DNA of 64,000 nucleotides, taken from IMG/VR virus record IMGVR_UViG_3300034198_017889, positions 1 through 64,000 of that record; one strand, written 5' to 3'. The position numbers and the translations under genes are program-made. This DNA comes from a virus. Each line of letters begins with the position of its first letter. Position 1 is the first letter of the stretch. Positions 1 through 9,409 of this stretch are shown piece by piece. The notes beneath the pieces are model-generated. The model did not search any database, was not told where the DNA came from, and was given only the letters and a program-made list of their open reading frames with translations.

Positions 1-80
1 ATAAAGAAAAGAAGCAAAAAGCAAGAAAAGACAAGCCAAAGGGCTATGAGGCTGTGCATAAGCAAGTTTCTGAGGAATAA
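1..80 (+). CDS. 3' end of an upstream gene (partial)
   Basis: Frame 3 reads KEKKQKARKDKPKGYEAVHKQVSEE to TAA at 78-80. Frame choice is uncertain. Confidence 0.35.
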   Translation, partial: KEKKQKARKDKPKGYEAVHKQVSEE

Positions 81-88
81 CAAACTAG

Positions 89-116
89 TAGCCTTTTAAA
101 TGGGCTATGCTAGAAT
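89..116 (+). promoter_or_regulatory. Extended -10 promoter, probably giving a leaderless mRNA for the RNAP gene
   Basis: TGcTAGAAT at 108-116; ATG at 123 is 6 nt downstream; no Shine-Dalgarno. Confidence 0.55.
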
Positions 117-122
117 GTTTGG

Positions 123-3110
123 ATGAAAGAGTACAAATTCGTGTTGGACCACGGAAAACTCAAAAAAGTCCCTAAGTCAGCCAAAGTAGATTATAAGATT
201 CCGAGCACCACGGACTTCTTCTCTCCTGTTACTAATCTTATTCCCTCCCTGAGTAGTGTATCAGGTGCTCGTGTACTTATCGGAGATAAGAGCTCATTAC
301 AGGCAATGACTCTGGTTAACAGAGAAGCTCCGTTAGTTCAGTCCAGTGAAAGTCAGGATCACTCAAGTTTTATTGAGGAGTACGGTAAGAAGCTTGTTAG
401 TGTTTCTTCCAAGATAGGAGGAGAAGTGACTAAGGTTACTCCTCATGAGATCGTTATTAAAGGCTCAGATGGAAAAGACACCTCTCATCCATTATATCAA
501 AACTATTTAGTAGGTAGGGAGAGCTATATTCATCATACTCCTCTAGTTTCGGTTGGTGACCATGTTAAAAAGGATGAAATGCTGGCTACCTCAAACTACT
601 CAGACAAGCATGGTCACCTTGCACTAGGCATGAACTTGAAAACTGCGGTTATGCCGTATAGATCATATAACTTTGAGGATGCCCTTGTTATTAGCCATGC
701 CGCAGCTCAGAAGTTAGTAGCCGAGCAGCTTATCCCGGTTAGACTAGAAGTTGCCAGAGGACTTGAAACTGGTAAAGATAAGTATATCTCCTTGTTTCCT
801 AACAAGTACTATAACGACCAGCTAGATAAGCTAGACTCTAGTGGAGTCGCCAAGAAAGGTCAGACTTTGAAAATGGGTGACCCTATTATATTAGCTTATC
901 AACCAAAAACGCTAAAGTCTCTTGAGATTCAGTTAGGTAAGTTGTCCAGAGCCCTTAAGAACGCGTATAGCGACGTTACTCATACCTGGGAATACGAGCA
1001 TGACGGCGAGGTTGTGGATGTTAATAACACAGGTAAACTTATCACTGTTACTATCAAAACTAGTCGACCTATGGCGCAGGGAGATAAGCTAAGTAATCCG
1101 TACGGAGCCAAAGGTGTTGTTAGAATTGTGTCAGATAGTGAGATGCCTCAAGGAGAGGATGGTAAACCTATTGATGTTCTACTTAACTCTATGAGTGTTA
1201 CTAGTCGTGTTGCTCCTGGGTTAATTACCACAATGGCCACAGGAAAGGTCGCCCAGAAGTTAGGCAAGATAATCAAAACTACGCCTTTTACTGATGGCTC
1301 TACTGTTGACCAAACTATCAAGCTATTAGCTCATCACGGAATCAAAGATACGGAGAGTCTCTACGACCCCACCTCTGGAAAACATATCGAAGTGTTTACG
1401 GGTCCTTCATACTATACTCGTCTCCACCATATCGCTGAAGACAAGATCTCTGCTCGTAGCGCTGGAACTACATACGATATTAACATGCAGCCCTCTAAGG
1501 CAGGTTCAGTAGAGAAGAGTAAACGCCTTGGAAACTTAGCTACCACTGTTGCACTGTCTAACGATGCTAAAGAAGTTTTGAAAGATGTAGCAGTTATCAG
1601 AAGCACAAAGAACGACGAGTTCTGGAATGCTATCAAGCTAGGGTACACCCCTCCACCACCTAAGGTTCCTTTTATCTTTAATAAGTTCATTTCTCACCTT
1701 GAAGGCTCAGGTGTTCATGTTCGCCAAGAGGGATCAAGATTTAATATCTTACCGCAGACTGACAGAGACATTGAAAAGAACAGCCAGGGAGAAATACATG
1801 AACCACTCACATACAAGCTTAAGGGTGGTGAGTTAGTAGCCGAGAATAATGGGTTATTTGATCCTGTTAACACCGGTATTTATGGTGATAACTACAATCA
1901 TATTGAGCTAGCCGTTAAGATCCCTAACCCAGTTAGTGAGGAACCACTACGTAAGATGATGGGTGTTACCAAAGCTAAGTTTGAGGAGCTCCTTGCTAGT
2001 GGTGAGTTAGAGAAGCAACTAAAGAAAGTCAATCTTGATGATAAGATCACAGAGCTTCGAGGATATATTAAATCTAATAAAAAGACCGGAAGAGACGACG
2101 CAGTTAAAGTCTTATCTTTCTTAACTATGCTAAAGAGAGAGAACTTAAAGCCTGGAGACTTACTCCTTTCTAAGGTTCCTGTTATTCCATCACAATACCG
2201 CCCGATTACAGCACAAGGTAATCAGATTATGAGTGCTGATGTTAACGAGCTCTATAAAGATCTTATGCTTGTTAACAAGTCTTTCAAGGGAATTGATGAA
2301 CATACACCGGTAGAGCTAACTGGTGAAGCTCGTAAAAAGTTATATGAGGGAGTAAAGGCAATCTATGGGTTAGGCGAGCCTATCTCTGTACGAAGCAAAG
2401 AAAAAGGCTTCAAAGGCTTATTAGCCACAACATTAGGAACCCAAGGAGGAAGTGCAAAGTCCTCAATGTTTCAGGCCAAGGTAGTTAATAAACCTATTGA
2501 TCTCGTTGGTCGTGGTGTTCTGGTTCCTGATGGTAACCTACAACTCAACCAGGCAGGCATACCTCAATCAATTCTTTGGAGTGTGTATAATCCATTCATA
2601 ATTCGTAGATTAGTCAGACAGGGTGTTCCTGCTACAAAAGCCAGAGATTACGTTAAAAGTAAGCATCCTTTGGCTGGTCAAGCCTTACAGGAAGAACTCT
2701 TAGACCGCCCAGGTATTATTACTCGTGATCCTCAGTTGTCTAAGTACAACTTCCAAGGATTCTACCTAAAAGCTAACCCGGACCCTAAGGACTTCTCTAT
2801 TAAGTTAAATCCCCTAGTGTTCAAGGGCTATGGTGCTGACTCTGATGGAGACCAGCTAAACGTACAGGTTCCCGCTAGCGACGAAGCTAAGGAAGAAGTC
2901 AAAGACAAGCTCTTTCCAGAGAAGAACTTAATATATCACAGAACATTCTCACCCATTTATACTCCTAGCAATGAGGCAGCTGTTGGCTTGTTCGCGGCTA
3001 GTTATGAAGATAAAAAGAATAAACCAACTCATTATACTAATGCTGACCAAGTTGTTTCTGATTTCTTGGCAGGCAAGCTTGACATAGGCGATAGGATAGA
3101 ATTATCTTAA
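123..3110 (+). CDS. rpoBC: Phage RNA polymerase catalytic subunit: C-half of beta fused to N-half of beta'
   Basis: Beta motifs: LIPSL..GARVLIG..QA..EAPLV, LALGMNL..MPYRSYNFEDA, GDKLSNPYGAKGVV, RLHHIAEDKISARS. Then beta' motifs: GLFDP..HIEL, VPVIPSQYRP, KPIDLVGRGVLV, RDPQL, NPLVFKGYGADSDGDQ. Confidence 0.93.
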   Translation: MKEYKFVLDHGKLKKVPKSAKVDYKIPSTTDFFSPVTNLIPSLSSVSGARVLIGDKSSLQAMTLVNREAPLVQSSESQDHSSFIEEYGKKLVSVSSKIGGEVTKVTPHEIVIKGSDGKDTSHPLYQNYLVGRESYIHHTPLVSVGDHVKKDEMLATSNYSDKHGHLALGMNLKTAVMPYRSYNFEDALVISHAAAQKLVAEQLIPVRLEVARGLETGKDKYISLFPNKYYNDQLDKLDSSGVAKKGQTLKMGDPIILAYQPKTLKSLEIQLGKLSRALKNAYSDVTHTWEYEHDGEVVDVNNTGKLITVTIKTSRPMAQGDKLSNPYGAKGVVRIVSDSEMPQGEDGKPIDVLLNSMSVTSRVAPGLITTMATGKVAQKLGKIIKTTPFTDGSTVDQTIKLLAHHGIKDTESLYDPTSGKHIEVFTGPSYYTRLHHIAEDKISARSAGTTYDINMQPSKAGSVEKSKRLGNLATTVALSNDAKEVLKDVAVIRSTKNDEFWNAIKLGYTPPPPKVPFIFNKFISHLEGSGVHVRQEGSRFNILPQTDRDIEKNSQGEIHEPLTYKLKGGELVAENNGLFDPVNTGIYGDNYNHIELAVKIPNPVSEEPLRKMMGVTKAKFEELLASGELEKQLKKVNLDDKITELRGYIKSNKKTGRDDAVKVLSFLTMLKRENLKPGDLLLSKVPVIPSQYRPITAQGNQIMSADVNELYKDLMLVNKSFKGIDEHTPVELTGEARKKLYEGVKAIYGLGEPISVRSKEKGFKGLLATTLGTQGGSAKSSMFQAKVVNKPIDLVGRGVLVPDGNLQLNQAGIPQSILWSVYNPFIIRRLVRQGVPATKARDYVKSKHPLAGQALQEELLDRPGIITRDPQLSKYNFQGFYLKANPDPKDFSIKLNPLVFKGYGADSDGDQLNVQVPASDEAKEEVKDKLFPEKNLIYHRTFSPIYTPSNEAAVGLFAASYEDKKNKPTHYTNADQVVSDFLAGKLDIGDRIELS

Positions 3111-3140
3111 AGCTTTATTAAACACTAAGTATAACATACA

Positions 3141-3341
3141 ATGATTGATGAAGAAATCTGGTCCAAGCTTTCTGCTGAAGAAAAACTGGCTGAACTCGAA
3201 AAGTACCTAAATGAGTTTAGACGGCTTGATTCGGGTGAGCACGAACTCAGAGGAACTTACCATGAAGGTAAAATAAAAACTTTAAAAACAGAGCTTAAGC
3301 AGAAAATAAACAAAATAATAGACTTGGAGTACATCAAATGA
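3141..3341 (+). CDS. Hypothetical protein (66 aa)
   Basis: ORF overlapping the next gene by ATGA; TATAAC just upstream. Confidence 0.65.
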   Translation: MIDEEIWSKLSAEEKLAELEKYLNEFRRLDSGEHELRGTYHEGKIKTLKTELKQKINKIIDLEYIK

Positions 3342-3958
3342 ATATCAGCAACCTAATCGAATCATATGATGCCTTGGTGAAGAAGGCATTCATACCCAAT
3401 CCCCAAGCTCAGCAAGAGCAGGGTCAACTTCAGCAGGCTCAGCAGCAGCTTATGCAGATTGTTCAGCAGCTTCCTCCTGAAGCCCAACAACAAGTTGGAC
3501 CTATGATTCAACAGCTACAACAGCTTCCACCTGAGCAGCAGCTCCAGCAGATCGGTCAGCTTACCCAGCAATTATCTCAAGGTGGACAACAACAACAAGA
3601 TCCATCCGCTCAAGGGGGTCAACCTCAGGATCCATCAGCACAGCGGCAGGATCAATCAGCACCAGCACAAGAGCAGGGAAACCTCAACGCCGAGAATAGC
3701 CTAGACAACACAAAGGTCACTCTCTCAGTACGTGAGCTTCTTGATCTCTCTAATGGTGGTAAAGCTACTCAGAGCTTGCTCAAGGTCAAGCAAATGGCCG
3801 AGGCCCACAATAAGAAAATGGAAGCAGCTCAGCAACAGCAGGACCAACAAGCAGCTCAACAGCAACAAGCACAACAGCAGCAATCCGCTATGGGTCAGGG
3901 TGGAATTTACTCCGCACCTATGGATGGCTCAGCCCCAATCGGAGCACCAGCCCAATGA
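3338..3958 (+). CDS. Gln-rich low-complexity protein, probable virion head protein
   Basis: Poly-Q/QP tracts; N-terminal LVKKAF (K-x-A motif). Confidence 0.75.
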   Translation: MNISNLIESYDALVKKAFIPNPQAQQEQGQLQQAQQQLMQIVQQLPPEAQQQVGPMIQQLQQLPPEQQLQQIGQLTQQLSQGGQQQQDPSAQGGQPQDPSAQRQDQSAPAQEQGNLNAENSLDNTKVTLSVRELLDLSNGGKATQSLLKVKQMAEAHNKKMEAAQQQQDQQAAQQQQAQQQQSAMGQGGIYSAPMDGSAPIGAPAQ

Positions 3959-4287
3959 ACTCATTAGAGAAGATTAGCTCATATTTATCTAGTTTTGGTC
4001 CAGAGGAGCAGAACTACGATTACGTTTGCTATATCAAGACAAAGCTTGCTGATATGCAGGCAACTCAGTCCACAGGTGAAACTAGTAATGAGGATGATCA
4101 GGAAAATACTGATGCCTCAAAAGTAGAAGTAGCCGAGCAAGATAAGTCACAAAAAAATTTAGAGGGTGAGCTGATGGATGGAGCATTTAGAGATCTTGAT
4201 GTTCTGAATGACATTGAAGACGATAAGGTTGTTAAGAAGGCTTCTCCGATTACTGATTTTTTAAGCAAGTTATCTAACAAAAAATAA
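3955..4287 (+). CDS. Acidic hypothetical protein with K-x-A motifs
   Basis: Translationally coupled ORF; KTKLAD and VKKASP motifs. Confidence 0.7.
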   Translation: MNSLEKISSYLSSFGPEEQNYDYVCYIKTKLADMQATQSTGETSNEDDQENTDASKVEVAEQDKSQKNLEGELMDGAFRDLDVLNDIEDDKVVKKASPITDFLSKLSNKK

Positions 4288-4290
4288 GTT

Positions 4291-6153
4291 ATGTCTGTTA
4301 CCACAGTTGGTCGTATACTTTTGAAGCAGTATACGCCTAAACACCTACACTCGCTAATAGACGACGAAGTTCTCGACAAGAAGGGAATTTCAATTTTGTT
4401 TAGTAAGCTTGTTGAACTAGAGCCAGATAATTATAGTAAGATTGCATCTGACTTAACTAGACTTGGATTTGAGATTGCCACGAGACAGGGTACCTCCATC
4501 ACTTTAAAAGATCTAGTTTCTCCTATTAATACTAAGGAGCTTTACGACAAGTTCGATGCCTTCCAGGTTAAGGTAAATAAGACTGATGATTCTCAGAATG
4601 TAAAAAATCAGAGAATCTTTGATAAATATAACACCATGATGGAGGATGTGAATAAGCACATTCTAGACGACGGACTTAAAACTAATAAGTCTCTTGCTAA
4701 GATCATACTTGCAGGCTCTAGAGGATCCCCAGCTCAGTACCGATCTACTATTGCTACTCAGGGTATTGTGGTGGATGCTGATGGTTTACCTAAGATGGAT
4801 ATTCCTGTTAAAAGCTCATTTGCTGAGGGACTTACTCTTCCTGAATACTTAGTAACATCTTTTGGTACGCGCTCAGGCGAAGTAGTTAAAAAGGTTGGTG
4901 TGGCACAAGGTGGATACTCTAGTAAGCAGTTCTCTAGAGCTTTGATGAATCTACAAATAACAGAGCATGACTGTGGAACTGCTAATGGAATATCTGTATC
5001 AACCACAGATAAGGATTCTGTCGGCGCTTATCTCGCTACTGCCATAGGAGGATATAAACGGAATAACGAGATCACTGCAAAAATGTTAAATGACCTGAAA
5101 GGTCAGAACATTGATAAAATCTTAATTCGTTCACCCATGACTTGCAGGGCCAGCAATAATAACCACTTTGGAGCGGTGTGTCAGTTATGCGTAGGTAAGC
5201 GCGAAAAGGGATTACCTGCCCCAGATAGTTATATTGGACTTGTTGCTGCTACTGCTGTTAGTGAACCTCTCACTGAGTATGCCATGAAATTAAGACATGG
5301 TGGAGGAGCAGCTACTAGCCTAGGTGGAGCAAGTGGTTTCAAGATGATTAACCAGCTTGCTAACATCCCTAAAACTTTCTTAAATAAAGCTCCTCTAGCT
5401 AAAGAGGATGGATATGTAACCCGTATCGCTCATGCAGCAGCAGGTGGTTACTTTATTGATGCAGGTACAGAAGAATATTATATTGGAGTTGGACAAGAAC
5501 CCAAAGTGAAGGTTGGTGACCATGTAGAGCAGGGAGATGTATTAAGCTCCGGCCTTGTTGATCCTAGTGAGGTTGTGCAATACAAAGGAATCGGAGAGGG
5601 GCGTAAATATTATGCACAAGCCATGAAGAGAGCCTTTGATGAGGGAAATCTTGGGGTTAACAGAAGAAACTTCGAACTGATCGCTAGATCTGCTATCGAC
5701 CATGTAAAAATTAATGATAACGATGGATTAGGTAATTTCTTACCTGACCAGATTGTTTCATACTCGGCACTAGAGAAGAGTTATGTTCCTAGAACAAACA
5801 GCAAAGATATTAGATCCGATTTGGCCTATGGAAAATATCTAGAGGCCCCCATACTACATTACACCATAGGTACCAGGGTCACTTCCTCTGTGATAGAGGC
5901 TCTTAAGGAGCAAGGAATTGAGTCTGTGCATGTTAACGACGACCCTCCACATTTCGAGCCTCACATGGTTCGACTTCTTGACGTTCCAGAGCATACAGAT
6001 GATTTCATGCATGTACTTTACAGTACCAACCTTGCAAAACGCTTTAGCAACGCCGTGAATGAGGGGGCGTCTTCTGATATTAATGGCCCTAGTCCTATAC
6101 CTGGATTAGCTTATGGTGTGGGGTTTGGAGAACACAGTAACTGGAAAGAGTAG
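4291..6153 (+). CDS. rpoC: Phage RNA polymerase beta' C-terminal half
   Basis: TTVGRILL, GFEIATRQG, GSRGS, SFAEGL..EY (bridge-helix region), EHDCGT, RSPMTC..CQLC (Zn site), EPLTEYAMKLRHGGG (trigger loop), sandwich-barrel hybrid region. Confidence 0.92.
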   Translation: MSVTTVGRILLKQYTPKHLHSLIDDEVLDKKGISILFSKLVELEPDNYSKIASDLTRLGFEIATRQGTSITLKDLVSPINTKELYDKFDAFQVKVNKTDDSQNVKNQRIFDKYNTMMEDVNKHILDDGLKTNKSLAKIILAGSRGSPAQYRSTIATQGIVVDADGLPKMDIPVKSSFAEGLTLPEYLVTSFGTRSGEVVKKVGVAQGGYSSKQFSRALMNLQITEHDCGTANGISVSTTDKDSVGAYLATAIGGYKRNNEITAKMLNDLKGQNIDKILIRSPMTCRASNNNHFGAVCQLCVGKREKGLPAPDSYIGLVAATAVSEPLTEYAMKLRHGGGAATSLGGASGFKMINQLANIPKTFLNKAPLAKEDGYVTRIAHAAAGGYFIDAGTEEYYIGVGQEPKVKVGDHVEQGDVLSSGLVDPSEVVQYKGIGEGRKYYAQAMKRAFDEGNLGVNRRNFELIARSAIDHVKINDNDGLGNFLPDQIVSYSALEKSYVPRTNSKDIRSDLAYGKYLEAPILHYTIGTRVTSSVIEALKEQGIESVHVNDDPPHFEPHMVRLLDVPEHTDDFMHVLYSTNLAKRFSNAVNEGASSDINGPSPIPGLAYGVGFGEHSNWKE

Positions 6154-6173
6154 CCAGCTCTATATTTAGAAGC

Positions 6174-6202
6174 TTGCATGTACGCCAAAAAATACGTAAT
6201 AT
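6174..6202 (+). promoter_or_regulatory. Sigma70-like promoter
   Basis: TTGCAT-N17-TAATAT in an intergenic gap. Confidence 0.6.
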
Positions 6203-6231
6203 TAATTACAAATTCCGGCAAACTATAATTT

Positions 6232-8487
6232 ATGGCAAATTCCTCTAAGACAAAACTAGCCGCAGACGACTCTCTTGAACAGGCGTTCTTCCAACTAGCC
6301 TACAATAAGTTACAGGATAGTTTAAAAAACTTACTTCCTTTCTTGATTGGTTTTGAGATTGTTAAGAAGAACGAGGATAACACCAAGGCTCTTGGAGTCT
6401 TTGGATTTCGTTCACAGTCCGGACAGATTCTATATGTTCCCGCCTTCTTCATTGAGGGTAAGGTAAAGAACCTAGACCTCCTTTACTCTAAGAACAACGA
6501 GCAGTTCTATCCTCTGGATGAGGATTTTGCAGAGATGTTCCTCAAGGACGATATGACCGGCATTGGCGCGGTTGGTGGTGAACCCCGTCACAAGGTTCTT
6601 CAAGACATGACCCAAGGTGATTATCGCCAAATGACCATTCCTCCTCGTACCGGAAAGTACTCTATTGCCTCTGTTATTGATTACGTTAAAGATTCTGATA
6701 ACAAGACCAAGCAAGCTTTCACTAACCTCCTTGAAAAGGACGCTGAGTTCTGCGAGGCTGTTTTACGTTTTTACCCTATTGAGAAAGTTGCTGCTGCTGT
6801 TGTAAAAACAGAGGACGGTACAAAATACCGCAAGGGAAATGATGTTAAAGTTGTTATGAAGGACCAGAAAGCTGATGTTCTTAAGCTCTCCGATAAGGAG
6901 CGTGAAGATGTAATGACTCAAGGATTTGTTGTAGTAGATAAAAGAACAGCTGATAAGAAATCTAAATTTGGGGTAGTAGACTACGTTAAAAAGTTTCATA
7001 ATCCCACAGAATCGGGATTCTATCCTTACGTTACTCGTGTAGGAACTATCAACTATGGTCTTATCTTGGTTCGTCCTAAACAACTACAGCAAAATTTTTC
7101 AACTGACGATGCTATTGTTATCAACCTTGACGCTGATGTAAAAGGAACAGCTTATGTGGAGGATACCCACATGGTTTTCTCTAAAGACCAAATCAAAGTT
7201 GACGATTATTCGTTAGTTCATAAGATGATGGTAGATCCAGCCGAGGCTAAGCCCAGCTACACCTCGACTTACGTGCTTATCAACGAACACTTAAAGTCAA
7301 CCCAACCATTTAAAATCAATGCTAATTTTAAAGATGCTCAAGGGATTAGAAGAATTAGTGTTGAGCCATATTCCCTGTATAGAGATGCCGAGTCGGATTA
7401 CGCTTATCAAGATCATAACCGTGGCCGTGCTGACCGCCCAGGGAGTGTGCATGACTTACCTAGGGGTAATTTTTATAGCCATCCGAAGAAAGCTAAAGAA
7501 ATATTATTGGTTATGACCAAGAAGCCTGGTGACGATTTAGATTATCAGAACTGCACAGTTTACGTCCCCTCAGGCTACAAACTTCTAGAGGTTAAGTTTG
7601 ACGCATTAAACTGTTTTGATTGCAGTACAGATGCTCCGACTGATACTGATAAAGGAGCAACTACCGCAGCCACAGCTAAAGAAAAGTATTTACAGAATCG
7701 CCCAGGTGGAACCCATGCTCTTCATGCATTCTTGTCTAAGAACAACATTGTTCCTATGACTGTACGCACCAACGGGAGCGAGTACTTCAGCAACATTGCT
7801 GGAGTTAAGAAGAAGTATGAGAATCCGATGAAGGCCAAGATTGCTATGACAACTGAGGTTGGTCTTGATTTCAAGCAGGCTTGCGAAATTATTGATGGTC
7901 TTGTGGTTGATAAAACCCTAGAGGGACACGTTAAGCTGGCCTACACTGGTGATAACTATCCAATTCCTTATGACGAAGCTCCATATACCAATCAAATTGG
8001 TCAACCAACCTATACTGGTGTGGGTCAAGAGAGCCGCCTCCCTGGAGATAACACATACACAGGAGATCCCACAGCTCTAGGTTTAGGTACAATGCCTGAG
8101 ATTGAGGGAATTGGTCAAGGTGGGCAAGCTCACGAGATTGATCCTAGATATGTTAATCAAGCTACTCAGATGGCCCAGAATGGACAGAAGGAGATCTTTG
8201 ATGTTCAGACAATGGCAACACTTGCGAAGTATGTAGGAGTATCTGACAAGATCACTGAGTACGTTCCATCTCTTATCGAGGGAATGGATCGCTTAGGTAG
8301 AATTCTTTTCTTACTCAACTGGGACACTGATAAGTTTGTTCAGCTGTACGGCAGAAATGACCTTCCTGAGCTGGTAGAGCTCGTCACTAACGTATTCAAA
8401 AACCTAGGCGACTTAGTCATTTTCTTAAAGCGTAAATCTCCAGAACTCACGATTAACATGAGTAAAGATGAAGCGCTCGATGTCTAA
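6232..8487 (+). CDS. Large hypothetical head-module protein (751 aa)
   Basis: Long ORF with its own promoter; K-x-A motifs (KTKLAA, HVKLAY); no recognised family. Confidence 0.8.
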   Translation: MANSSKTKLAADDSLEQAFFQLAYNKLQDSLKNLLPFLIGFEIVKKNEDNTKALGVFGFRSQSGQILYVPAFFIEGKVKNLDLLYSKNNEQFYPLDEDFAEMFLKDDMTGIGAVGGEPRHKVLQDMTQGDYRQMTIPPRTGKYSIASVIDYVKDSDNKTKQAFTNLLEKDAEFCEAVLRFYPIEKVAAAVVKTEDGTKYRKGNDVKVVMKDQKADVLKLSDKEREDVMTQGFVVVDKRTADKKSKFGVVDYVKKFHNPTESGFYPYVTRVGTINYGLILVRPKQLQQNFSTDDAIVINLDADVKGTAYVEDTHMVFSKDQIKVDDYSLVHKMMVDPAEAKPSYTSTYVLINEHLKSTQPFKINANFKDAQGIRRISVEPYSLYRDAESDYAYQDHNRGRADRPGSVHDLPRGNFYSHPKKAKEILLVMTKKPGDDLDYQNCTVYVPSGYKLLEVKFDALNCFDCSTDAPTDTDKGATTAATAKEKYLQNRPGGTHALHAFLSKNNIVPMTVRTNGSEYFSNIAGVKKKYENPMKAKIAMTTEVGLDFKQACEIIDGLVVDKTLEGHVKLAYTGDNYPIPYDEAPYTNQIGQPTYTGVGQESRLPGDNTYTGDPTALGLGTMPEIEGIGQGGQAHEIDPRYVNQATQMAQNGQKEIFDVQTMATLAKYVGVSDKITEYVPSLIEGMDRLGRILFLLNWDTDKFVQLYGRNDLPELVELVTNVFKNLGDLVIFLKRKSPELTINMSKDEALDV

Positions 8488-9409
8488 TTCAGAACAGCCT
8501 GACGATAGTCTGCTGAAAAGATACTTGGCCCTAAAGGCGCTCAGGGATAACGTACTTTATACAAAACCCCTCGCTGATACCGCTGGAGGCCTTATTGAGG
8601 ACATTCCAGGCCAGTTACGCGCATTAGGGGCCCCACTTGCTGATGCGGCTTCAAGTAGGTTGGTTATATCTCAGAATCCTGAAATACGAAGACAGCAAAT
8701 AGCAGCCGCGGTCGATAAAGTCAGAGGTGCCTCGGGAAGCAATACCGAGATGAAGAACCAGATGCTGGGTAATGCAGCCAGAATGGCTGCAGTTTCCGCA
8801 CCGGTTGGATTAGTTGCTGGGGGTTTGTTAAAATTAATCGGTAGAGGTAAAGGAATTGGGAGTAGGCTGTCTTTACTTAAAGCACCCACAGAAATTCTAT
8901 CTTCAGGTAAACTCAACAGAGCTGGAGCATATAAAAAGGTGTTATTAAATGCAGCTAGCGAAGGTGCTTTACAATCTGGGGCGTTAGGTGCTGTTGGTGG
9001 TGCTATGGGGGGACTAAATGCAGGCACATCCAAACCAGGAGAGGGCGATATAGCCGCGGCATCAAAAATCCTCCAAGACCACCCTTATACCTCAGCACTC
9101 CCAGGAGGAGAGATTTCATCTGTGTTCAATTCTTATGGTGATGGTATAAGCCCCGGGACCGGAGCAGCTATTGGTGCCGGATTAGGTGTAGGAGCAGGTA
9201 CCGCAGCTACATTCTTACCTCCCACCATAAAAGCAGTATCCAGAACTTTAGATAATCCTTTTAGACGGAATCCAAAGGCGGTAAATCTTCTTGATTGGTA
9301 TGCCAGGGCTGCAAAGGGACCAATGGCTAGAAACGCCCTAATCCTCGGAGGACTTGGCGGGCTTGCTGGTTACACAGTATCCAAACACACAAAACCTACA
9401 GATGCATAA
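8480..9409 (+). CDS. Gly/Ala-rich protein with glycine-zipper hydrophobic segments, putative ejected virion protein
   Basis: Segments such as GALGAVGGAMGG, GAAIGAGLGVGAG, LILGGLGGLAG. Start may be 8468 or 8480. Confidence 0.7.
   Translation: MSNSEQPDDSLLKRYLALKALRDNVLYTKPLADTAGGLIEDIPGQLRALGAPLADAASSRLVISQNPEIRRQQIAAAVDKVRGASGSNTEMKNQMLGNAARMAAVSAPVGLVAGGLLKLIGRGKGIGSRLSLLKAPTEILSSGKLNRAGAYKKVLLNAASEGALQSGALGAVGGAMGGLNAGTSKPGEGDIAAASKILQDHPYTSALPGGEISSVFNSYGDGISPGTGAAIGAGLGVGAGTAATFLPPTIKAVSRTLDNPFRRNPKAVNLLDWYARAAKGPMARNALILGGLGGLAGYTVSKHTKPTDA

Noticed and set aside
123-6153. Cellular rpoB/rpoC locus or pseudogenes
   Set aside because: No ribosomal-protein context, ORFs intact, strongly diverged, and embedded among capsid and tail genes.
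6232-8487. Portal protein
   Set aside because: Size and position are suggestive, but no portal features were recognised; left as unknown.
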